From: Candidatus Poribacteria bacterium
GTDB taxonomy: Bacteria; Poribacteria; WGA-4E; WGA-3G
Assembly (NCBI GenBank): GCA_965198235.1
Contig: OZ240248.1
Location: 4,896,001-4,960,000 of the forward strand
Direction: 5' to 3'
DNA length: 64,000 nucleotides
Below, piece after piece: positions 1-8,713 of the stretch (its first letter is position 1; each line of letters opens with the position of its first letter). The notes under the pieces were generated by a model. It worked only from the letters and a program-made list of their open reading frames with translations, made no database searches and was not told the origin of the DNA. Made by a program: the position numbers and the translations under genes.

Positions 1-1
1 T

Positions 2-175
2 GAGGCGTATCATCCACCCGGAACCGGGGACCTGGAGTGGGACGACCTCTTTGAGCATCTCCCGTCGGATGTTTTGAAGGTGTTGGAAATTCGTCCATGC
101 GAAGCGGAACCGGTGGTAGAGGCACGAGAACTATGCGAATCCTTATCACAATTGAGTAAGCAACCCGATGTTTAG
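2..175 (+). CDS. 3' end of a probable sugar-phosphate isomerase/epimerase (AP endonuclease 2 / TIM barrel) protein, partial at window edge
   Basis: Manual frame-2 translation EAYHPPGTGDLEWDDLFEHLPSDVLKVLEIRP...QPDV* has the HxPPGxGxLxW..vlE motif typical of this family's C-terminus; the stop overlaps the next start. Confidence 0.55.
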   Translation, partial: EAYHPPGTGDLEWDDLFEHLPSDVLKVLEIRPCEAEPVVEARELCESLSQLSKQPDV

Positions 176-533
176 AAGGACCCCAAAAGCTACCTATTTT
201 TTCACCGAGGTTGAGCACGATATTCTGAAATCCGTATGCGCGTATATGGTGGGAGTTTCAGGCAATACCGCATTGGATACACCAGTTATTGTGATTGATA
301 CCTTTGCTCGACAACTGCCCAAAACTTTGCGAAGGCAACTCCGTTTTGGACTTTATTTATTCCAATGGGGTCCACCTCTTTTCATCGGGAAGCCGTGCCG
401 TTTTACACAACTCGTCCCGCGTGATGCAGTGAGATATATAGAAGGTTGGGCAAAGAGCCGTTTCAAAGTTCGGCGACGGCTTTTCCGGGGCTTACGAGAC
501 ATCGCTTTTCTCGGTTACTATAGTTCCAATTAG
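168..533 (+). CDS. Hypothetical protein, gluconate-2-dehydrogenase subunit 3-like
   Basis: 121 aa; RFTQL..R..YIEGW..S....RR.LF.GLR....LGYY resembles GMC-oxidoreductase accessory subunits. Confidence 0.5.
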   Translation: MFRRTPKATYFFTEVEHDILKSVCAYMVGVSGNTALDTPVIVIDTFARQLPKTLRRQLRFGLYLFQWGPPLFIGKPCRFTQLVPRDAVRYIEGWAKSRFKVRRRLFRGLRDIAFLGYYSSN

Positions 534-544
534 AAAAAGGTGTA

Positions 545-3500
545 CTATTTCCGTATCAACATCTTTCTCGTAGCCGTGAAATCGCCTGCGGTGAGTGTGT
601 AAAAATAGATACCGCTTGCGACTGACTCACCCACTTCATTTCTTCCATCCCAATACGCCGCACGGCTCCGGTACTGATAGATGCCCGCAGCCTGATGTCC
701 GAGTGCTAACGTCCGAACCAGTACGCCACTCGCAGCATAGATACGTATCGTGACATCCGCGGGTTTAGCGAGTTGATACGGTATCCATGTCTCGGGGTTG
801 AACGGATTCGGATAGTTGTGAAGTAAAGCCGTTTCCTCTGGAACGAACAAAGCTAAAAGCTGCTCAAGGTTTGCGATCCCTTGTCGGAAGGCGATGGAGC
901 CGTCATTTTCAATCTGCGCCTGTGCTATCCACGTCTGAATCGTCGCTGGATCTAATTCTAGGCTGTCTATAGCAGCACTGGAAGGTGCAGCCCTCTCGGT
1001 TGACTCACCCAAATGTTGCGCCACAGCGATCAGGTCTAAAATGTTAATAGTTCCATCGCCGTTTACGTCAGCTCTTTGGTTGGCAGACACAGCGGCACCC
1101 AAGTGTTGTGCCACCACAATTAAATCCAGAACGTTCACTTGACCGTCTCGATTTGCATCCCAAGCGGGGAACGCACGGTCTTCGACAGCGATGACAATTT
1201 CGGGAATGTCTAAAGGGATTGCCTCGGTGCTGCTGTCCCCAGCATAGAGGTTACTAAGTGTTACCCGTGTTTCTCCGACAGCCTTTGCCGTAAATGTGAC
1301 CGATAGCAGTGTGCCTGTGCCATTGACACCACCGCTGAGCCGCGCGGAACTTAGTTTGGTGATTTTACCCGCTGTGTTATCAATTGTGCCTCTCAAAAAG
1401 AAGGTGCCTACACCCTCCGCCTTCAGAAAATTGCCCTCGCTCACCTCAACCGCTTCAAGTGCATTCGGGTCAAAGGTAATATCAGTTTGCCATCCTGCTA
1501 AATCGGTAACCTTTTCTGCACTGAGGCGAAGGGTAAAGGAGTCGCCAGAACGGACAGGCGTTGCATCCGTGGAAAAGGAAAACCCGACATCACTCACATC
1601 CGAGGCGGACGGAGTTCCCACAGTGATGGTTATATCAGGAGAAGGAGACGGAATTACCTCGCCAGCACTGGAACCCGCATGAAACCTACGCAGTGCTACT
1701 CGGCTTTCTCCGACAGCCTTCGTCGTGAATGTGACCGACAACAACGTTCCTTCACCGTCTGCCCCACCTTCAGAGATCCGCGTTGAACTTAGACTGTTGA
1801 TTCTACCTTTTTGATTATTAATCGTGCCTTTCCGAAAGTGGGTACGCCCACCTTTTTGCTTCAAAAAGTTACCTTCGTTGACTCTGTCTGCTTTTAGCAC
1901 ATTCGGATCAAACGTAATATCCGCTTGCCATCCTGCTAAGTCGGTCATATTGTCTGTGCTGAGATGGAGGGTGAACGTATCGCCAACCCCGACTTGTGCT
2001 GCTTGCGTGAATAAGGAGAATCTCTCATCAGGGGACAACACCGTATATTCGGCATCAGGTGCGAACCCGAAATGGCCGGCCCATCCGCCGCCCCAACAAT
2101 GAATAGCAACTAACAACACATTCTTTCCCTGTTTAAGCGTAACTGGGAAGAACTGTTCATAATCATGTGCCCACCCTTCACCGAGTTTCTCCTTAACTAA
2201 TGCTCCATTGAGCCAAATTTTGTGATTATTATCACTTCCAGCAAACATGTTTGTGTTTTGCTCACGCGGTGAATACAAGGTAAGTGAACCGTATATCACA
2301 TCCTCACCATTGCCCCTTGGTATGCCAAGATCAGTTAGCAGTTTGATCATGTTATTCTCATCTGGGGAGATTTTGTGGGATATCCAGACCCTGTCACCAA
2401 GAGATTTCCCTTCCCTAGTACCATTGGTAGCAATTTCGCGTTCCGTTACATCACCACCACTTGCCCGTGCAAGCAAATCTGTGTTACGGAAAGTGTCAAA
2501 CTGTGCTCCCGGTATCAGGACCCATAACCACGGGCCTGTTATTTTCGGACCGCCGCGTGGAAATCCCGGATTGTTAGACAAGGAGATAGATATTTTATCG
2601 GGCAACTTTTCTAAGGGCGAGATATCGGCTATTACATTATTCTGAAGGATTAACGTTCCCAATTTACTGAGTCCTGAAAGGGGTGATACATCCGAGATGA
2701 CATTGTCACTCAGATTTAGATGGGTCAACCCTTTTAAATTCTTCAACGGTGACACATCGGCTATCAAATTATCGTGTAGTGTCAGTGATTGGAGTTGCGT
2801 CAATTGCGCCAACCCTGATATATCCGAGATACCGCAATGGTTGATTTCCAATCGTCTCAGTGTTTTCAAACCCCTCAGAGACGTGAGTTTTGACATTGAC
2901 CTATTGCCACTAAATTCTAACCATCGAAGTCCTTGTGACTCTGCCAAAGGAGAGAAATCTGAGATGGACGTGTTCCAAGCCCTTATACCTTCCAAACTGG
3001 TCAGACTCGCAAGTGGCGACACATCGGACACCGGGTTTCCCTCAATTCCTATTCCATTCAATTTTCTTAAGCCTTTCAGTGGCGATAAATTGGTTATCTC
3101 GTTCTCCTCAAGCCCCAACCAGCCCACGTTGATTAAACCCGCAAGTGGAGACACGTCAGTGATTCTGTTTCCTCGCAGTTTGATGTTATTCAGTCGGGTT
3201 AAGTTCGCCAGTGGAGATAAATCGGATATTGCATTATGGCGAAGTTCTACCTGCTCCAGCCTCGTTGCTGCCTCAAGTCCTGTCAAATTACGAATGCCAG
3301 CCTCATCTGCAACAAGGTGCTTCAGCTCCGCCATATCCGCTACCGTAATCAAATCACCCGGAGATTTGCCAAGTGCCGCTTCAACCGCAGCGCGGAGGTT
3401 TACGTCGGGAATGGAAACCAAATCACTCAGACTCGGGTCAGGCACGACTCGTTGCTGTCTGAGGTCGTCCGGAGAGTTCAGCGCAGAAACCACATCAGCA

Positions 3501-5110
3501 AAGTTAGATGTCCACGCATCTCGTTTCACGTTACCGTTCTCACTTTCGAGTGTCCGCAAGCCCAGATGTTGCAAACTCGGCTTTTCACGAATCTTTTTGA
3601 GCAGTGCCTCCGTTTCTAAACCAACGGCGGCGGCAGCATGTGCTGCATCCACGGGACCTTCAAACGCCTTATAGAAGCGATACACCGGTTCAATCCCACC
3701 AAACACACCCCCTGTGGCTTCAAGGGCTCGTCTGTAACGCTCTATATCCTCACGCACATAACCTTCCATCTCTGATTGTTTTACATACAGGCGCAATGCT
3801 TGCACTTTGGCAGCTCCGTCTGGTGCCTTCGTGATAACCTCACGTACCCCATCTTCAAATTTCTTCATCCCTTCTGTGTGACAACCGATACAAGAGATGC
3901 CGTTCCGCACGATGCCGTCTCTCTCTTCAGGATTAGAAACGATCCTTGTCGGTGCCTCATTAATGCGGCTACCTGAGGCATCGGAGATGTAGTATGCCTG
4001 CAACCCGTTGGGGAGATTGAACACGATCTCACCCCCGTCGTGCCTAAATGTGAGTGGATAGGTGAAGATATTCCGCACACCCCCACTTCCCGCAAAATCG
4101 TAGCTTTTCCAATACGCACCGTATTGAGATTTGTGGCGTTCGACAACTCGATTGTTTTTTGAGACACCCGAATCGTTGAGACCCGCACGCCAGACACGCA
4201 CTCCCGCATCCCTTTGGAGATTTCTTGCGACATCTATACCCAGTTTTCTCTCCAGTTCACGATCGGTTTCTGGGAGAGCCAGAATGTCATGGTAGAGCGG
4301 CGGTAGTGAGGCAGTTGCGAGGAACCAGTCAACATGCACGAACGGCACCTCACAATCCATCTCTTGACGTAGAGAGGTCAGTTTCGCACGTAGACCTGCC
4401 TGTGTCTCCGAATCAAACTCAATGCTATAGGGATATTCCTGTTCAATCTGGGTCCACGCATCATTTCCGACATCCCAATCGTAGCGCCTCAGGTCGATAT
4501 AAAAAATAGTTTTTCTCGGGTCAATGGGTTCTGGTTTGACGATTTGCGATCCCCAAGATAGACTGTTTACCAGCTTTGAAAGCGCCAGCTGATAGGCGCG
4601 AAGCGTTTCTTGACTTTCACCAGCGTTATAGAGATGGGTCGTCGTAAAATAGCGTGCGAAGGGACGATGAAACTTCGGTAGTGATTGGACATGCTTCTTG
4701 ATAGTGTCGAGCATTGCACCCATGGTAATGAAGTTAACATCACGCTGGACTTCCCAACTTGGCGCGCCTGCTTGAATCCAATTACCGATGGTCACAATTG
4801 CTGCGGCTGAAAGTCGCGGTTGACCCTGTGGCATCCGTTTTGCCGGATCGTTTTCACGCAGCCGCCTATAGAGTTCGGATTCAATAGGTAGTTTTCCCGG
4901 AACAACTGCCCCGGTAGCAACCAACTGTGATGCCGATTCAATGACGAGTTGTTCGGTAAAGGATCCGTGCGGTCCGTGGCAATCAAAGCAACTTTGTTCA
5001 AAGATAAGGTACGCCTCTTGTGCGAGATTCTGCTGTGCCTCAGCGGTTTGATATCCCAGGATAAACGTTAATAGAAAACTGATTGTGATAAAATTATTCC
5101 ATACTTTCAT
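545..5110 (-). CDS. Secreted multidomain protein: planctomycete-type cytochrome c (CxxCH x2), internalin-type LRRs, PA14/galactose-binding-like domain, 2 cohesins, dockerin, FlgD-Ig/T9SS-like C-terminal domain
   Basis: Signal peptide ending AEA-Q; CFDCH and CIGCH; 22-aa ISDxSPLxxLxxL repeats; GSDNNHKIWLNG; LAGWQADITFDP and LAGWQTDITFDP cohesins; DANRDGQVNVLDL/DVNGDGTINILDL dockerin; NYPNPFNPETWIPY...TRKMLIRK. Confidence 0.9.
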   Translation of the reverse strand: MKVWNNFITISFLLTFILGYQTAEAQQNLAQEAYLIFEQSCFDCHGPHGSFTEQLVIESASQLVATGAVVPGKLPIESELYRRLRENDPAKRMPQGQPRLSAAAIVTIGNWIQAGAPSWEVQRDVNFITMGAMLDTIKKHVQSLPKFHRPFARYFTTTHLYNAGESQETLRAYQLALSKLVNSLSWGSQIVKPEPIDPRKTIFYIDLRRYDWDVGNDAWTQIEQEYPYSIEFDSETQAGLRAKLTSLRQEMDCEVPFVHVDWFLATASLPPLYHDILALPETDRELERKLGIDVARNLQRDAGVRVWRAGLNDSGVSKNNRVVERHKSQYGAYWKSYDFAGSGGVRNIFTYPLTFRHDGGEIVFNLPNGLQAYYISDASGSRINEAPTRIVSNPEERDGIVRNGISCIGCHTEGMKKFEDGVREVITKAPDGAAKVQALRLYVKQSEMEGYVREDIERYRRALEATGGVFGGIEPVYRFYKAFEGPVDAAHAAAAVGLETEALLKKIREKPSLQHLGLRTLESENGNVKRDAWTSNFADVVSALNSPDDLRQQRVVPDPSLSDLVSIPDVNLRAAVEAALGKSPGDLITVADMAELKHLVADEAGIRNLTGLEAATRLEQVELRHNAISDLSPLANLTRLNNIKLRGNRITDVSPLAGLINVGWLGLEENEITNLSPLKGLRKLNGIGIEGNPVSDVSPLASLTSLEGIRAWNTSISDFSPLAESQGLRWLEFSGNRSMSKLTSLRGLKTLRRLEINHCGISDISGLAQLTQLQSLTLHDNLIADVSPLKNLKGLTHLNLSDNVISDVSPLSGLSKLGTLILQNNVIADISPLEKLPDKISISLSNNPGFPRGGPKITGPWLWVLIPGAQFDTFRNTDLLARASGGDVTEREIATNGTREGKSLGDRVWISHKISPDENNMIKLLTDLGIPRGNGEDVIYGSLTLYSPREQNTNMFAGSDNNHKIWLNGALVKEKLGEGWAHDYEQFFPVTLKQGKNVLLVAIHCWGGGWAGHFGFAPDAEYTVLSPDERFSLFTQAAQVGVGDTFTLHLSTDNMTDLAGWQADITFDPNVLKADRVNEGNFLKQKGGRTHFRKGTINNQKGRINSLSSTRISEGGADGEGTLLSVTFTTKAVGESRVALRRFHAGSSAGEVIPSPSPDITITVGTPSASDVSDVGFSFSTDATPVRSGDSFTLRLSAEKVTDLAGWQTDITFDPNALEAVEVSEGNFLKAEGVGTFFLRGTIDNTAGKITKLSSARLSGGVNGTGTLLSVTFTAKAVGETRVTLSNLYAGDSSTEAIPLDIPEIVIAVEDRAFPAWDANRDGQVNVLDLIVVAQHLGAAVSANQRADVNGDGTINILDLIAVAQHLGESTERAAPSSAAIDSLELDPATIQTWIAQAQIENDGSIAFRQGIANLEQLLALFVPEETALLHNYPNPFNPETWIPYQLAKPADVTIRIYAASGVLVRTLALGHQAAGIYQYRSRAAYWDGRNEVGESVASGIYFYTLTAGDFTATRKMLIRK

Positions 5111-5164
5111 ATATCCATCTCCAGTTAGCAGATGTTTGCTGAAAACTGCTGGTGGTCTCCGGAT

Positions 5165-5770
5165 CTATTGTGTGCTCGGTAAACTTGCACGCATCAGATA
5201 CCCGATCGCGCCGAACACCTTTTTTAAGTCGCTTATTGCGAGGACAGTCGTGTTTCGCGTGAAGAGATTTTCAACTAATTTGCCGAATTGCCAGAGTTCT
5301 CCGTCTGTTACAATCCCATAGATCGGGCTTTGGGTGTCATCATTTATTTTTTGCGCAGCAACCAACTCAGCCAGACACTGCCCCCATCCCTTGACAAAAT
5401 CGTTCCGTTTCGCTTCTACAACGATGATGATTGGAATCCCTGGCACCGTTTTCCCCAACGCCGATTTTGTTGAGATCAGGTAGTCAGGTGTCCCACTGAG
5501 CTCTGCACCGTAAGAAATTGATTGATGACTCCACAGTGCGAACCATTCCACATAGTTTTTGTACACGTCTCTGAGAATCGGATAGATTACATTTTCACAG
5601 CGTGCCGCTTCTGACGAGAACATGTCAATATGACGCTGACTGAATTCAAACTCCTCCAAGAATGCCACGGAAGGTTCAACATTCTCGTAGTCAATATAAT
5701 CCGCTTCGGTGTATTTAATGTTGAAGACTTCCTGAACTTGGGCAATTGAATTAAAATCGGTGAATGCCAT
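5165..5770 (-). CDS. Hypothetical protein, PD-(D/E)XK nuclease-like family (paralog of 23278-23883)
   Basis: Probable start MAFTDF at 5770; G.PDYL, VEAK, GWGQCLAELVAAQ and IYGIVTDGELWQFGKL motifs shared with 23278-23883. Confidence 0.75.
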   Translation of the reverse strand: MAFTDFNSIAQVQEVFNIKYTEADYIDYENVEPSVAFLEEFEFSQRHIDMFSSEAARCENVIYPILRDVYKNYVEWFALWSHQSISYGAELSGTPDYLISTKSALGKTVPGIPIIIVVEAKRNDFVKGWGQCLAELVAAQKINDDTQSPIYGIVTDGELWQFGKLVENLFTRNTTVLAISDLKKVFGAIGYLMRASLPSTQ

Positions 5771-5809
5771 CTGGTTATCCCTCGAGAAGGTCATTTGACT
5801 TTCGTGCCT

Positions 5810-7924
5810 TTACTTCCTTATTAACATCTTGCGTGTGGCGGTGAAATCGTCCGCTGTGAGTGTATAGAAATAGATACCACTTGCCACGGGTTCACCGAGT
5901 TCATTTTTGCCATCCCAATATGCCGCTCGACTCTGTTGATGATACAGTCCTGCTAACTGATGTCCCAAATTCAGTGTCCGAACCAAGACCCCACTCACCG
6001 CGTAAATACGCAATGTGACTTCAGCGGGTTCGGACAGCTGATACGGTATCCATGTCTCTGGGTTGAACGGATTCGGATAATTCGTCAGCAACGCCGTCTT
6101 TTCAGGAATTGACATCGCTAAAAGTCGTTGGAGATTGGCAATCCCCTGTTGAAATGCAAGCGAGCCATCGTTTTCAACGTGTGCTTGTGCTATCCATCCT
6201 CGTATCATCGGTGGGTCTAATCCCATACTACTTATTGCAAGCGCAGAAGGTGCACCCGGAATTCCCGTTATTTCGCCAAGGTGTCGTGCTACAAGAATGA
6301 GGTCTGAAATATTACGCTTTCCATCTTTGTTTACATCAGTTCGCGCGTTCGTGGATCTGGACTTTCCGAAGTCTTGTCCTACCAGAATCAGATCCAGGAT
6401 GCTGATTTGTCCATCTTTGTTCACATCATAAGCTGGAGTTTTTGAGGCAGTTCGGGAAATTGGTCGGTTCACTGTGTATTCAGTGTCAACGTCAAATCCA
6501 AAAAACCCTTTCCACTCGTTAGCGTGACGGTTGTCAAGCGCGACTAACAAAACATTTGTACCCGCATTTAGAGTGACAGGAAAAAACTTGTGGTAACCTT
6601 CACTCCAATGCCCATCAGGTTTTTGGTGAATGAGTTCGCCGTTAAGCCATACTTTGACTCCATCACGATGAGCAATGAACATCCTTGTTTCCTGTTCCTG
6701 AGGTGACTCCAAGGTAGCAGAACCGTAGATGATTCCATTGTTTCCGACACCTTGGCGTTTCAGCATTTCACCGATGTTATTATGCCCGACAGGGGCAATG
6801 TTGTCGGCGGTCCATTCATTTTTTCCGACCTGTTTTCCCTCCGAGGCACCGGCAGTGGCAACTTTCTGTTCTGTTGATACCCCGTTACTTGCTTGTGTGA
6901 GCCAATCTGTGTTGCCGACACGGTCTCCTGGAACCAGTACCCACAACCAAGGTCCCTCTATTTTCGGACCGCCGGGTGGGAATGCACGGGTGTTGTGGTG
7001 AACGATAGGGATAGATAATCCTTCTAAAGGCGATAGATCCGATACTGTATTGTGGTTGAGTCCTAACCATGTCAAGTTGGTTAACCCGGCGAGTGGCGAT
7101 ACGTCCGATATCTCATTCTCTGCAAGATTCAAACGGGTCAAACCACTTAACCCCGCCAGGGGTGATACGTCCGATATCTCATTACCGACCAAGTAGAGTT
7201 CCTTCAAACCTGTTAAATTCGCTAAAGGGGAAATATCCGATATTTCGCCGCCACAAATATCTATAACTTGCAATTTTGGTAATTTCGCTAAGGAAGAGAG
7301 TCCTGAGACAATACGGGTGCCCCAAGTCTGGATGCCTCTTAGGCTTGTTAATCCAGAGAAGGGTGCCAGGTCTGCCCGTGGATTCTCGCCCATCCAAATC
7401 CTTTCGAGTTTTATTAAACCAGCGAGTGGCGAGAAATCGGATATAATATTGCCTCCGATATCCAACCCTTCCAAATTGATTAACCCTTTGAGTGGCGATA
7501 TATCGGATATCAAATTATAGGGGACAATTAGCCATCCCAAGTTGAGTAATTTTTTAACTGGTGATAAGTTCTTTATAGCGTTGTGTCTCAACTCTATGAC
7601 GTGCAGTTTTGTCAATCCAGCGAGGGATGATAGGTCGGCAATCGAATTATTATTGCACCTTATCTCTTCCAGTTTTGTCGCAAACTCAAGTCCTGTCAAA
7701 TTCCTGATATTGGCATCATGCGCTTCAAAGCGCGTTAGCGTTGCCATTTCATCCCTTGTAATTCGTGTCCCCGGTGCTTTGCCGAGTGCTTCCGCGATCA
7801 CAGCACGCAGGTTCGCATCGGGAATGTTAACGGTTTGTGCTGATATTGAAAGAGGTGCTGAGAAAAGTAGCGCGCAGAGCATGAACGTGTAAATGAAAAT
7901 GTGTTGTATTTTGAATGATGGCAT
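5810..7924 (-). CDS. Secreted LRR protein with PA14-like domain, dockerin and FlgD-Ig/T9SS-like C-terminal domain
   Basis: Signal peptide; VNIPDANLRA cap; 22-aa LRRs; DGVKVWLNG; DVNKDGQISILDL; NYPNPFNPETWIPY; AGGAG RBS upstream. Confidence 0.9.
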   Translation of the reverse strand: MPSFKIQHIFIYTFMLCALLFSAPLSISAQTVNIPDANLRAVIAEALGKAPGTRITRDEMATLTRFEAHDANIRNLTGLEFATKLEEIRCNNNSIADLSSLAGLTKLHVIELRHNAIKNLSPVKKLLNLGWLIVPYNLISDISPLKGLINLEGLDIGGNIISDFSPLAGLIKLERIWMGENPRADLAPFSGLTSLRGIQTWGTRIVSGLSSLAKLPKLQVIDICGGEISDISPLANLTGLKELYLVGNEISDVSPLAGLSGLTRLNLAENEISDVSPLAGLTNLTWLGLNHNTVSDLSPLEGLSIPIVHHNTRAFPPGGPKIEGPWLWVLVPGDRVGNTDWLTQASNGVSTEQKVATAGASEGKQVGKNEWTADNIAPVGHNNIGEMLKRQGVGNNGIIYGSATLESPQEQETRMFIAHRDGVKVWLNGELIHQKPDGHWSEGYHKFFPVTLNAGTNVLLVALDNRHANEWKGFFGFDVDTEYTVNRPISRTASKTPAYDVNKDGQISILDLILVGQDFGKSRSTNARTDVNKDGKRNISDLILVARHLGEITGIPGAPSALAISSMGLDPPMIRGWIAQAHVENDGSLAFQQGIANLQRLLAMSIPEKTALLTNYPNPFNPETWIPYQLSEPAEVTLRIYAVSGVLVRTLNLGHQLAGLYHQQSRAAYWDGKNELGEPVASGIYFYTLTADDFTATRKMLIRK

Positions 7925-7960
7925 TCCGGTTTATCTCCTTTTTTGCTGTTAGCACACTTC

Positions 7961-8146
7961 CTAGATGCTACGTTTCACAAGTAAGGATGGATAGGGTGCG
8001 TGGATACTCAACCAAGAGAAAAAGAGGAGGAGTTCGCCATTTCGCATGCCTTTCCACCCTTGCCGAGAAACCGTCGTGACTTGAAAATCCGCGTCAAAAT
8101 ATCGTACCAATCGCCAGTCTAAGTTTTCATCGAGGAGAACGCGCAT
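7961..8146 (-). pseudogene. Truncated DUF5615 (VapC45-like PIN) toxin
   Basis: MRVLLDENL...TTV...GWKGMRNGELL is the typical N-terminus, but similarity stops after about 40 aa; lies downstream of a DUF433 gene. Confidence 0.65.
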
Positions 8147-8250
8147 GTAGTTTTGAATCTCCGGGGGTGTTGGAGGGTTGGGATCCTTAGAACACCGTAG
8201 GGAGACGCATTCATGCCCGCGGGCAGAACATCCCTCAACCGTAACGCCTC

Positions 8251-8481
8251 TTATCGCGGGTGTGATCGGATAGCTCGGGTCAACGCGAGTTCTAAAAAGG
8301 CGACTGCCTGTTTCCGAGACACCGAAGGGAACCCTTCAAGAAAATAGTCAAGACTCTCCCCGGCTTTTAAATGATCAATGAGTGCCTTTACAGGAACACG
8401 GGTGCCCGCAAACACCGGTGTCCCCCCATGAATCTCAGGATCTTGGTTTATTACGTGCTCGGGTTTCATCTTGAGGGTCAT
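8251..8481 (-). CDS. DUF433 family antitoxin (VapB45-like)
   Basis: DPEIHGGTPVFAGTRVPV..L...L..G.SLDYFLEGFPSV signature; GGAGG RBS. Confidence 0.9.
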   Translation of the reverse strand: MTLKMKPEHVINQDPEIHGGTPVFAGTRVPVKALIDHLKAGESLDYFLEGFPSVSRKQAVAFLELALTRAIRSHPR

Positions 8482-8713
8482 AACCTCCGATAACTTTTAT
8501 GTCTGATTTGGGGTAGAACGGATTTTAAGGTAGCCGTTCCTGCCCAAGCAATAGGGTGGATAGGACACTTGCAACGTCGTAAGCGATTCCTCTCCTATCC
8601 AAAGGATTACATCAAGTATATCCCGAAATCAATCAGAAGTCAAATCTTTTCCACGCCTACATCTAACCTAATGAGTTTTGACGTTCAAGCTGGGTAAGAC
8701 TAACAACCCTTCT

